A stretch of 64,000 bases of DNA from an uncultured Bacteroidales bacterium (GCA_900319925.1 ONQE01000005.1:16373-80372); one strand, 5' to 3'; shown: positions 54,209 through 63,715, counted from the stretch's first letter. Numbers and translations: made by a program. The notes: a model not told the origin generated them from the sequence alone.

Positions 54209-56683
54209 ATGCAGAAAAATACAAATAATACAGAACAAGCTGTCAGCTCTGCGCAGATCAAGAACCTATTTTACCAATGCTTGGCCAAATGGTATTGGTT
54301 CGTTATTTCCGTGGGCATTGTGCTCTTTGGTGCAGTCTTCTATCTGCTGAAGACCACCCCAGTCTATACCCGCACTGCCAAATTACTGGTCAAGTCCGAT
54401 AGTAAAGGCCGTTCAACGGGTGATATAAGCGATTTTTCCGACTTGGGTGTCTTTGGCTCCAGTGTGAATGTGAACAATGAGCTCATGACGATGAAGTCTC
54501 TCGATGTGATGACAGAAGTGGTGCGCCGTCTCCATTTGGACATGAACTACAGCCAGGACGGCCTCTTCCGCCCGGTGGTGCTCTACGACAAATCCCTGCC
54601 CGTGACTGCCATCTTGGTGGATGCGCCGGACAACATGACTGCTTCCTTTGATCTCAAGTTGGACAAGGGTGCTGTCACGCTGACCGATTTTGTGCGTGGG
54701 GATGAGGATTTGAGTGGTAAAGTCAGTGCGAAGTTTGGTGACACGGTGAAAACACCAATCGGTCTCATCTGCATCGAGAAAACCGATTTTTACAAGAATA
54801 AAAAATATGACAAGATTCATATCCGTCGCTCTACTATCAATGGGACGGCTCGCAGCTATGCCTCCCGGGTTAACGTCGGACTCGCCGGCAAGAATACCGA
54901 AGTGCTTGCACTTTTCGTGGAGGATATCAACAAGAGCCGTGGCGATGATATTCTCAATATGCTCATTGCGGTTTATAACGGTAATTGGCTCAAAGACAAA
55001 AACCAGATTACCGTCAGCACCTCCATGTTCATCAACGACCGTCTCCAAGTCATCGAGAAGGAGTTGGGAAACGTCGATAGCGATATTTCCTCCTATAAGA
55101 GCGAGAACCTTTTGCCCGATGTGGATGCGGTGTCCAGCATGTACCTCAACCAAAACCGAGAGGCTAACACCCGTATTAACGAGCTCAATAACCAGATATC
55201 GATTACCCGTTATGTTCGCAATTACCTGACCAACGAGACGGATAACAACCAACTCCTGCCTGTCAACACCGGTATCAGCAACGGTCATATCGAGAGCCAG
55301 ATTGCGAACTACAACACGATGATGCTCCGTCGCAATGGCTTGGTGGCCAACAGCAGTGAGCAGAACCCCCTTGTACTTGATTTGGATGAGAAGCTGAAGG
55401 CTATGCGTCACGCCATCCTCACCTCCATTGACAACCAGTTGGCCACGCTCAACACGCAGTTGGCTAACTTTCAGGGCACCGAGCGGCTCATCAATGCCCG
55501 TTTGGCCGCCAACCCCAAGCAGGCCAACTACCTACTCTCGGTGGAACGTCAGCAGAAGGTCAAGGAGTCACTGTACCTCTTCCTCCTGCAGAAACGTGAG
55601 GAGAACGAGCTTTCCCAGGCCTTCACGGCCTACAACACCCGCGTGATTGAGCATCCCAACGGCAGTAGCTCCCCCACCAAACCGCGCAAGACAGTGGTTT
55701 TGTTGGCCGCCCTCATCATCGGTATCGCCATTCCCATCGCCATCATCATCATTAAAGAATATCTCAACACCACAGTGCGCGGCCGAAAGGATCTGGAGAA
55801 GCTCACGATGCCCTTCATCGGCGAGATTCCGCTCTCCATCAGTGCCGAGGAGGAGAAGAAGAAAATCAAAGAGAAACGCAAGATGCTCCGCCGTAGCAAG
55901 CGCAAAGGGGTGGAACCCGAACAGGAGAAGGGCTTCGGCGGCGTCATCGTCGTCAAGCACGGCAACCGCAACGCCATCAACGAAGCCTTCCGTGTGCTCC
56001 GTACCAATATCGAGTTCATGACCAAGGGCAACGAGTCCAACGTCATCATGCTCACCTCCTTCAACCCGGGCTCTGGCAAGTCGTTCATCACGATGAATAC
56101 CGCCCTCACCCTGGCCATCAAGAACCGGAAGGTGCTGCTGATCGACGGCGACCTGCGTCACGCCTCCCTCTCCGCCTACATCTTCTCGCCCAAGCGCGGC
56201 CTGGCCAACTTCCTCGGCGGCCAGGAGAAGGATGTCCATGACGTCATCGTGAAGAGCGAGGAGTATCCCACTCTCAGCTATCTGCCGGTGGGCACCATCC
56301 CGCCCAACCCCACGGAATTGCTCGAGACCGAGCTCTTCGGCGAAACCATCAATATGCTGCGTAAGGAGTATGACTACGTCTTCATCGACTGTCCGCCTAT
56401 CGACATCGTCGCCGACCCGCAGATTATCAGCAACTACGTCGATCGTACCATCTTCGTGGTGCGTGTGGGTCTCTTGGAGCGCAGCATGCTGCCGGAACTC
56501 GAGGAACTCCACACCAGCCACAAGTACAACAACCTCTGCCTCATCCTCAACGGCGGTACCGGTGGCGACGGCCGCTACGGCTACAGCCGCTATGGCTACA
56601 ACTACAAGTACGGCTACAAATACGGCTATGGCCACAACTACTACGGCCACAGCTATTACCACAAAGAGGACGACGAACAATAA
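54209..56683 (+). CDS. polysaccharide chain-length determinant / tyrosine autokinase (Wzc-like)
   Basis: Wzz domain with two TMs. Walker A SFNPGSGKSF. C-terminal Tyr cluster YGYSRYGYNYKYGYKYGYGHNYYGHSYY. Confidence 0.85.
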   Translation: MQKNTNNTEQAVSSAQIKNLFYQCLAKWYWFVISVGIVLFGAVFYLLKTTPVYTRTAKLLVKSDSKGRSTGDISDFSDLGVFGSSVNVNNELMTMKSLDVMTEVVRRLHLDMNYSQDGLFRPVVLYDKSLPVTAILVDAPDNMTASFDLKLDKGAVTLTDFVRGDEDLSGKVSAKFGDTVKTPIGLICIEKTDFYKNKKYDKIHIRRSTINGTARSYASRVNVGLAGKNTEVLALFVEDINKSRGDDILNMLIAVYNGNWLKDKNQITVSTSMFINDRLQVIEKELGNVDSDISSYKSENLLPDVDAVSSMYLNQNREANTRINELNNQISITRYVRNYLTNETDNNQLLPVNTGISNGHIESQIANYNTMMLRRNGLVANSSEQNPLVLDLDEKLKAMRHAILTSIDNQLATLNTQLANFQGTERLINARLAANPKQANYLLSVERQQKVKESLYLFLLQKREENELSQAFTAYNTRVIEHPNGSSSPTKPRKTVVLLAALIIGIAIPIAIIIIKEYLNTTVRGRKDLEKLTMPFIGEIPLSISAEEEKKKIKEKRKMLRRSKRKGVEPEQEKGFGGVIVVKHGNRNAINEAFRVLRTNIEFMTKGNESNVIMLTSFNPGSGKSFITMNTALTLAIKNRKVLLIDGDLRHASLSAYIFSPKRGLANFLGGQEKDVHDVIVKSEEYPTLSYLPVGTIPPNPTELLETELFGETINMLRKEYDYVFIDCPPIDIVADPQIISNYVDRTIFVVRVGLLERSMLPELEELHTSHKYNNLCLILNGGTGGDGRYGYSRYGYNYKYGYKYGYGHNYYGHSYYHKEDDEQ

Positions 56684-56784
56684 CCCCTAACCCCCAACCT
56701 CTAACCCAGACTCCTTAAATCCTAACCCTTAAACCCTAAACCATAACCCTTAACCCTTAAACCTTAACCCTTAAACCTTAAACC
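56681..56784 (+). repeat. H3 array (degenerate CTAACCC/TTAACCC/TTAAACC, about 14 units)
   Basis: Starts at the Wzc-like TAA (56681-83) and ends 1 nt before the TTG at 56786. Confidence 0.9.
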
Positions 56785-56785
56785 A

Positions 56786-57484
56786 TTGTTCCGCAAATAC
56801 CCCATCGACTCCCAGCTGACCGGCTTCACCGACCACCACTCGCACATCCTCTTCGGGGTGGACGACGGCGTGAAGACCCTCGAAACCTCCCTGAAAGTGC
56901 TCCATCGCTACGAGGAACTTGGCGTCGCCGAAGTGTGGTGTACGCCCCACATCATGGAGGACATCCCCAACACCCCGGAGAGCCTGCGTGCACGCTTCGC
57001 CGAGCTGCAGGCCGCCTACCAGGGTCCCGTCAAACTCCACCTCGCCGCCGAGAACATGATGGACCAGCTCTTCGAGGAGCGCCTCGAGGCCAATGACCTC
57101 CTCCCCCTCGGCGAGACCGGCAACCATCTCCTCGTGGAGACCTCCTACTTCACCCCGCCGATGGGGATGAAGGACATCCTCCGGCGTATCAAGTCCAAGG
57201 GCTACTTCCCCGTGCTCGCCCATCCTGAGCGCTACGTCTATATGGACAAGGACGACTACCGGGAGCTCAAGGGCATGGAGATCCTCTTCCAGGTCAACCT
57301 CTCCTCCCTCGCTGGCGGCTATGGCCCCGAGGCCGAGGACAAGTCGCACTGGCTCCTCAAGAAGGGGTTCTACGACCTCGCCGGCTCCGACCTCCACTCC
57401 CTCCGCAACACCCAGTTCTGGTCCAAACCCCTCCGCGAGTCCGTGATCAACCCGCTTAGAAAGATACTGGCGAGTTCGATTTAG
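56786..57484 (+). CDS. CpsB/YwqE-type (PHP-fold) tyrosine-protein phosphatase
   Basis: Motifs DHHSHILFGVDDG, ...CTPH and ...LAHPERY. The only in-frame start after the upstream stop (TAA 56780-82) is TTG at 56786. Confidence 0.7.
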   Translation: MFRKYPIDSQLTGFTDHHSHILFGVDDGVKTLETSLKVLHRYEELGVAEVWCTPHIMEDIPNTPESLRARFAELQAAYQGPVKLHLAAENMMDQLFEERLEANDLLPLGETGNHLLVETSYFTPPMGMKDILRRIKSKGYFPVLAHPERYVYMDKDDYRELKGMEILFQVNLSSLAGGYGPEAEDKSHWLLKKGFYDLAGSDLHSLRNTQFWSKPLRESVINPLRKILASSI

Positions 57485-57522
57485 CGTTGCCTGCGGAAAG
57501 AAAAGAACACACATTATAAGGC

Positions 57523-57603
57523 ATCACCCACCACCTACCACTCACAAATCACCACTCACAAGTCACAAATCACAATTCACAAGTCACAAATCACAAATCA
57601 CCA
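57523..57603 (+). repeat. H1 array (TCACAAA/TCACAAG/TCACCAC, about 11 units, degenerate at the 5' end)
   Basis: Reads atcacccaccacctaccactcacaaatcaccactcacaagtcacaaatcacaattcacaagtcacaaatcacaaatcacc. It is followed by aaaaaa and the rfbB ATG at 57609. Confidence 0.9.
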
Positions 57604-57608
57604 AAAAA

Positions 57609-58659
57609 ATGAGAAACATCATCATCACCGGCGGAGCCGGATTCATCGGCAGCCATGTGGTACGGCTGTTCATAAACAAGTACCCCGAATACAACATCAT
57701 CAACATCGACAAACTCACCTACGCCGGGAACCTCGCCAACCTCAAGGATGTCGAGGGCAAGCCCAATTACAAGTTCGTCAAGATGGACATCTGCGACTTC
57801 GAGGGCATCCATCGGCTGATGCAGGACGAGCATATCGACGGCGTCATCCACCTCGCCGCCGAGAGCCACGTGGACCGCTCCATCAAGGACCCCTTCACCT
57901 TCGCGCAGACCAACGTGATGGTCCACCGATGAGGTCTATGGCGCCCTGGAGATGACCCATCCCGACGGCATCGAGCCCCCCTTCACCACGAAGGCCTCCT
58001 CTGGCGAGCACCACCTGGCCTACGGCGAGAAGTTCTTCACCGAGGACCTCAAATACCAGCCCCACAGTCCCTACAGCGCCGCCAAGGCCGCCAGCGACCA
58101 CTTCGTGCGGGCCTTCCACGACACCTACGGGATGCCCACCGTGGTCACCAACTGCTCGAACAACTACGGTCCGTACCAGTTCCCCGAGAAGCTCATCCCC
58201 CTGTTCATCAACAATATCCGCCACCGCAAGCCGCTGCCCGTCTATGGAAAGGGCGAGAACGTGCGCGACTGGCTCTATGTCGAGGACCACGCCCGCGCCA
58301 TCGACCTCATCTTCCATAAAGGCAAGGTGGGCGACACCTACAACATCGGCGGCTTCAACGAGTGGAAGAACATCGACATCATCAAGGTGCTGATCAACAC
58401 GGTGGACCGGATGCTGGGCCGTCCCGAAGGTGCCGACATGGATCTGATCACCTACGTCACGGACCGCGCCGGCCACGACATGCGCTACGCCATCGATTCC
58501 ACCAAGCTGCAGCGCGAGCTGGGCTGGGAGCCGTCGCTCCAGTTCGAGGAGGGCATCGAGAAGACCGTCCGCTGGTACCTCGACAACCAAGACTGGATGG
58601 ACAACGTCACCTCCGGTGACTACATGAAGTATTACGAAGATATGTACGCGAACCGGTAG
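57609..58659 (+). pseudogene. rfbB: dTDP-glucose 4,6-dehydratase, disrupted by an internal deletion and frameshift
   Basis: The N-terminal ORF 57609..57932 (GGAGFIGSH...AAESHVDRS...TNVM) hits a stop. The +1 frame continues STDEVYGALE...YSAAKAASDH... to 58659. About 28 codons that I expect between TNVMG and STDEVYG are missing. Confidence 0.8.
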
Positions 58660-58660
58660 A

Positions 58661-58905
58661 AGCGCGCTTCGCTTGCTTTGTTGCTCGCTGCGCGAGTTTT
58701 GTTGCGCGCTTCGCTTGCAAATGTGCTCGCTGCGCGAGCTTTTTTAATTTCACACAGAAATCACAGAAATCACAGAAAATTGTGCGCTGCGCTTACAATT
58801 AGGCTCGCTGCGCTCGCTTAAAATCACAGAAAGTTGCGCGCTACGCTTGCAATTGCGCTCGTTTAATATTCGCTGCATGCAGCGTTTGAACCATAAGAAT
58901 AAAAA
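58661..58905 (+). repeat. left flank of the GxxExxY cassette: 41-bp unit x2 (gcgcgcttcgcttgc...gctcgctgcgcgag) plus 9-mer ATCACAGAA x3 and further partial copies
   Basis: Tandem units at 58663-58745. cacacagaaatcacagaaatcacagaaaa at 58751-58779. It is inverted relative to 59383-59500. Confidence 0.85.
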
Positions 58906-58917
58906 GAAATTATCAAT

Positions 58918-59289
58918 ATGACCGAAAACGATATAACATACAAAATTAGAGGTGCCATTTATGATGTGTACAGCGTGTTGGGGCCGGGGTTGTTGGAGTC
59001 GGTGTACGAAGAAGCCCTTGTGTTTGAACTGGAACAGCGAGGACTGAAAGTGCAAAGACAGGTAACCGTGCCTATCGTGTACAAAGGCGTAACCCTCAAA
59101 TCAGAACTCCGTGCCGATCTGATCGTGGAAGACCAGGTCATCGTAGAGATCAAATCCGTCGAAGAGATGAAGAAGGTCTTCAGCAAACAACTGCTCTCCT
59201 ACCTCCGCCTAACGCACAAAAAGTTAGGCCTCCTGGTAAACTTCAACACCCCCGACATCCTCAAATCCATCTATAGAATAATCAATTAA
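58918..59289 (+). CDS. GxxExxY protein (PD-(D/E)XK superfamily)
   Basis: 123 aa. Carries the motif GLLESVYEEAL, which gives the family its name, and ...DLIVEDQVIVEIKSV. Confidence 0.8.
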   Translation: MTENDITYKIRGAIYDVYSVLGPGLLESVYEEALVFELEQRGLKVQRQVTVPIVYKGVTLKSELRADLIVEDQVIVEIKSVEEMKKVFSKQLLSYLRLTHKKLGLLVNFNTPDILKSIYRIIN

Positions 59290-59382
59290 CCCACCCCCTC
59301 ATTCCCCCTCTTCCCTCATTTCCCCTTCCGCCTCAATCATCTTCTCCCAGCAATCACCATAGCCATCGATCTAGCGCATTTA

Positions 59383-59500
59383 CGAGCGAAGCGAGTAACT
59401 TTCTGTGCTTTCAGCGAGCGAAGCGAGCAAATTTCTGTGCTTTAAAAGCGAGCGAAGCGAGCCCATTTCTGTGATTTCTGTGATTTCTGTGTGACATTTA
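59383..59500 (-). repeat. right flank of the GxxExxY cassette: (gagcgaagcgag.aa.tttctgtgcttt) x3 plus TTTCTGTGA x3, the inverted counterpart of the left flank
   Basis: 59466-59493 tttctgtgatttctgtgatttctgtgtg is the reverse complement of 58751-58779. Confidence 0.85.
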
Positions 59501-59542
59501 AAATTCAAATTCGCCGCAGGCGAACCAAAAAAATACCACCAA

Positions 59543-60604
<1,062 letters not shown>

Positions 60605-60622
60605 CGAAACGTCGTGTCGGGT

Positions 60623-61045
60623 TCATCGCGGCTGGAGGTCTTGGTACTCCTCCCTCGCGTCGAAGCAGGGACAGGCTTTGGTAGGGTCGAAGACATTGTG
60701 CCCCACAATCAGGGCTTTCGGGTATTTGGCGTGCAGCTCCTTGATCAGCGCGCGCAGGACCCGCTTCTGCAGCGTCGTGCGGGTGTCCTCCGGCAGCCCT
60801 TCGGTGTCGAGGCCGCCCTCATAGCAGACCCCGATGCTGTGGGCGTTGTGATACTGGCAGTGGGCGCCGATCATCTCCACCGGTCGTCCGGCCTCCACGG
60901 TGCCGTCGCGGCGCACCACGAAATGGTAGCCGCATCCGTATTTCCACCCGCGTGCCCGATGCCAGCGGTCGATCTCCTTCACGCCGCTCCGCTGCCCCGG
61001 CCTCACCCCACTGCAATGAATGATAATTAAAGTGATAGTTCTCAT
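60623..61045 (-). CDS. N-acetylmuramoyl-L-alanine amidase (Amidase_2, AmpD/T7-lysozyme-like)
   Basis: 140 aa. Motifs IIIHCSG, ...GYHFVVRRDG, ...GAHC..HN..SIGVCYEGG and ...IVGHN. Confidence 0.8.
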   Translation of the reverse strand: MRTITLIIIHCSGVRPGQRSGVKEIDRWHRARGWKYGCGYHFVVRRDGTVEAGRPVEMIGAHCQYHNAHSIGVCYEGGLDTEGLPEDTRTTLQKRVLRALIKELHAKYPKALIVGHNVFDPTKACPCFDAREEYQDLQPR

Positions 61046-61052
61046 TTTGTTT

Positions 61053-61258
61053 GACTTTTGATTGGTGACTTGTGACTTGTGACTTGTGACTTGTGACTTG
61101 TGACTTGTGATTTGTGATTTGTGATTTGTGACTTGTGACTTGTGATTTGTGATTGGTGATTAGTGACTTATGCCATGACATCAACGATGAAGTGGGCATT
61201 AACTACTAACTGCTAACTGCTAACTACTAACTACTAACTACTAACTGCTAACTCCTCA
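61053..61258 (+). repeat. composite element: [TTGTGAC/TTGTGAT]n (61053-61167), 32-bp linker, [TAACTAC/TAACTGC]n (61199-61258)
   Basis: The linker ttatgccatgacatcaacgatgaagtgggcat is about 26/32 identical to the linker at 61802-61833. The TGA of the 61256 gene lies at the array end. Confidence 0.92.
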
Positions 61259-61612
61259 CGGTTTTTCCGCCAGCTCCATCCTCAGCTGGTTCATCTTCTC
61301 CGAGACCTTGATATAGTAACTGCCGATCTCCGAGAGGCCGAGGATCATCGCCTCCGGGAAATCCATCCGGAGCGCCACCAGCAGATCGACGAGTGTCTCG
61401 TGCTGGATGGGGTTGTCCACGTTCTGAGAACGGGACACGTGGATTCCGATCGAGCTGCTGTTATAGCCGTCCGGGTCGATGCGCCGGTCGAGGATGTTCA
61501 CCGGCTTGCGGATATGGAGCTTCTTCTCCACGAAGCCCTTGCGGTTGACCGAATAGTGATGATCGCGCCGCTTCCCGCAGTCATAGACAATAATATATTG
61601 TATTGGACGCAT
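61256..61612 (-). CDS. hypothetical protein, possibly a degenerate Amidase_2 paralogue
   Basis: 118 aa. Colinear weak matches to the neighbouring amidase: IIVYDCG vs IIIHCSG, HYSVNRKG vs YHFVVRRDG, SIGIHVS vs SIGVCYE. The predicted Zn-ligand His residues are not conserved. Confidence 0.45.
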   Translation of the reverse strand: MRPIQYIIVYDCGKRRDHHYSVNRKGFVEKKLHIRKPVNILDRRIDPDGYNSSSIGIHVSRSQNVDNPIQHETLVDLLVALRMDFPEAMILGLSEIGSYYIKVSEKMNQLRMELAEKP

Positions 61613-61690
61613 AGTGACTGATTTTTAGTTGGACATAATTTCAGTTTGACGTAATCGGTTTCAAGCATCCCTCCCACCCACCCGCTTGAG

Positions 61691-61866
61691 AATTGTGACT
61701 TGTGATTTGTGAATTGTGACTTGTGATTTGTGATTTGTGATTTGTGATTAGTGATTAGTGAATTGTGATTAGTGATTAGTGTGATTAGTGTGATTAGTGA
61801 CTTATGCCATAACATTAACGATAAAGAGGGCATTAACTGCTAACTACTAACTACTAACTGCTACTC
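61691..61866 (+). repeat. composite element: [TTGTGAC/TTGTGAT/TAGTGAT]n (61691-61801), 32-bp linker, [TAACTGC/TAACTAC]n (61834-61866)
   Basis: Third copy of the same architecture. The TGA of the 61865 gene lies at the array end. Confidence 0.92.
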
Positions 61867-62059
61867 ACATCAGGTAGGTCACTGCCGCTGTCGCGCTACC
61901 GGTGGTCACCACGCCACCCAGGATGAGGCCGATGATATAGGCCACCACCTTCAGGACAATCACCCACCACGGGTCGGTGGTTTTGATCCCGGCCTCCTGG
62001 ACCTTCTGCGGATCCGCCAGGATCTCCTCAATTTGCTGTTTCGATAACTTGACTTTCAT
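61865..62059 (-). CDS. small membrane protein (64 aa, one C-terminal TM)
   Basis: Polar N-terminus, then WWVIVLKVVAYIIGLILGGVVTTG. Sits next to the amidase genes. I cannot assign a family with confidence. Confidence 0.45.
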   Translation of the reverse strand: MKVKLSKQQIEEILADPQKVQEAGIKTTDPWWVIVLKVVAYIIGLILGGVVTTGSATAAVTYLM

Positions 62060-62105
62060 TTTGATTGGGTTTTCGTTCGTGAAATAAATGATGATTTAGA
62101 AAGGC

Positions 62106-62131
62106 CGCACGGAACCGGCAAGTGCCGTGCG
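62106..62131 (-). terminator. candidate terminator hairpin after the 62164 gene
   Basis: cgcacgg-N12-ccgtgcg lies 33 nt downstream of the stop. The T-run on the minus strand is weak. Confidence 0.3.
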
Positions 62132-62163
62132 ACCTGAGTTCGTGAATAGGTTGATTTAAAAAG

Positions 62164-62706
62164 CTACTCAGTAACCTCGGGGTTGGTTGTGGGGGCAACA
62201 TTCTCAGATCCAATCACTACAATGGTGTTGGAACCGGAATGAGTTCGGAGAGTGATCATTTCGGGCCATGCGCCGGTAAGGTGGACGATATCGTAGCCGT
62301 TCTTTGCGGCGATGGTGATATCTTGCGGGTGATCAGCAGCGTAAGTGGCGATAGCAGCCTCGATTTCGCTGAGGGTGATGTTCTCGCCTTCCACCATGCG
62401 GTCGGCTAAGGCGTCGAGAGCCTTTTGAAAGGCGCCGTAGTTCAGTGAAAAGTAGCGATTCGAGACACTGCCGTTGCCTTTGCGGCTAATGGTCTGTTTG
62501 ATGGTGCCGAGATGGAATCGGATATGCTGTTGCACCATCTTGAAGATGCTCTGGCGTTTCAAAGCCTTGGGGGTTTTGAAAGCAGATGCGGGCATAACAG
62601 GAGTCACGCGAGCGTAAGTTTTACCATTGCGTGTGGTGACATAGGTGATGCCATCGATAGTACCAGAAGTTTTGAGGCCAGGGCCAACATGTTTAATTTT
62701 TGCCAT
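62164..62706 (-). CDS. hypothetical protein (180 aa)
   Basis: Clean ORF with normal composition in a lower-GC segment. I recognise no motif. Confidence 0.5.
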   Translation of the reverse strand: MAKIKHVGPGLKTSGTIDGITYVTTRNGKTYARVTPVMPASAFKTPKALKRQSIFKMVQQHIRFHLGTIKQTISRKGNGSVSNRYFSLNYGAFQKALDALADRMVEGENITLSEIEAAIATYAADHPQDITIAAKNGYDIVHLTGAWPEMITLRTHSGSNTIVVIGSENVAPTTNPEVTE

Positions 62707-63013
62707 TTTTCTTAAATTTTAAAAGGTTAATATTAATATTCATGAAATCGTAGTTGGAGCTTTTCGTCTCTTTTCTCTTCTTTAACCCTTTGAGTTTCGT
62801 GTCCCAAGTCCTGCAGCCACCTGAAACTTGAAATCGGGTTCAGAATCCTGAAGCGATCAGTTCAACCGCGTTTTCGAGTGCAAAAGTACAACCACGGCAA
62901 CTGTGAAAGCAAGAAAGAAAGTTGGTTTAAACTTTCTTTCATCTTTCACCCTTGATAGTCAACGATTTGTGACCTTTAAAAAGAAAGCAAAATTCACTTT
63001 TAACACTAAAAAT

Positions 63014-63553
63014 ATGGATATTAAAATCGAAGGAGACCCCGGGACCCACAATGTTTTCCAAGAGGTGAAAATCGGTTCCGTGCAGCATTACAACTACAAC
63101 CCCAACCTCACAACCGTGATTAATTACAACGGTAAAACCCCATACGTGTCGAGCAGCAAAGCAACAGAACAGATGCTTGGCCAGGATGTGATCAACAAAG
63201 AAGCCACCTGTAAGGAGGTATTGAACTATGTGAGTTGTAGTAGGCCTTTTGTCAGAGATGGGTGGAAAGATCGTTATATGCAGTTGTGGGAGGATATTCT
63301 GAGTTTGAAAGAGGTGGATGAAAGGCTTTACGATATGGGTAAACAGCAGGGTACTAATTTCAATCGCAAGCTTGTGGCAGCAATCCTGCATTTTCTTGAC
63401 AGCCAAAAGGTTTATCGAGACCCCTTCAATGCCAAGGCGATGGCTGTGGCGCTTGAGGGTGATTGGGAACACTCTGTCCGTCGCGAGTTGGCTGGAGAGC
63501 TTCCCGATGACATCAAGGCTGCCATCAAACTGCTTATAAAGGACAAGTACTAA
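63014..63553 (+). CDS. hypothetical protein (179 aa)
   Basis: Starts at ATG 63014 (MDIKIEGDPG...) inside ORF 62903..63553, whose track start is GTG. Lies in a lower-GC segment. I recognise no motif. Confidence 0.5.
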   Translation: MDIKIEGDPGTHNVFQEVKIGSVQHYNYNPNLTTVINYNGKTPYVSSSKATEQMLGQDVINKEATCKEVLNYVSCSRPFVRDGWKDRYMQLWEDILSLKEVDERLYDMGKQQGTNFNRKLVAAILHFLDSQKVYRDPFNAKAMAVALEGDWEHSVRRELAGELPDDIKAAIKLLIKDKY

Positions 63554-63715
63554 GCCTGCTCGCTCATTTCTCGTCCTTCCTGGTCAACTGCTGATTCTAA
63601 GTTCTCGGTCATCAAATGCTGACATGCTTCGCTCGTCCTTCGCTCAGGCACGCTCAATGAGCGAACCATGTACGAGCCACGAGCGAACCATCTCCGAGCC
63701 ACCCCGCACCCAGCA

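Noticed and set aside
57609-58659. Calling 57609..57932 and 57952..58659 as two separate genes
   Set aside because: They are the N- and C-terminal parts of one dTDP-glucose 4,6-dehydratase. The downstream frame continues upstream of the track's ATG to STDEVYG at 57922. I annotate them as a single pseudogene.
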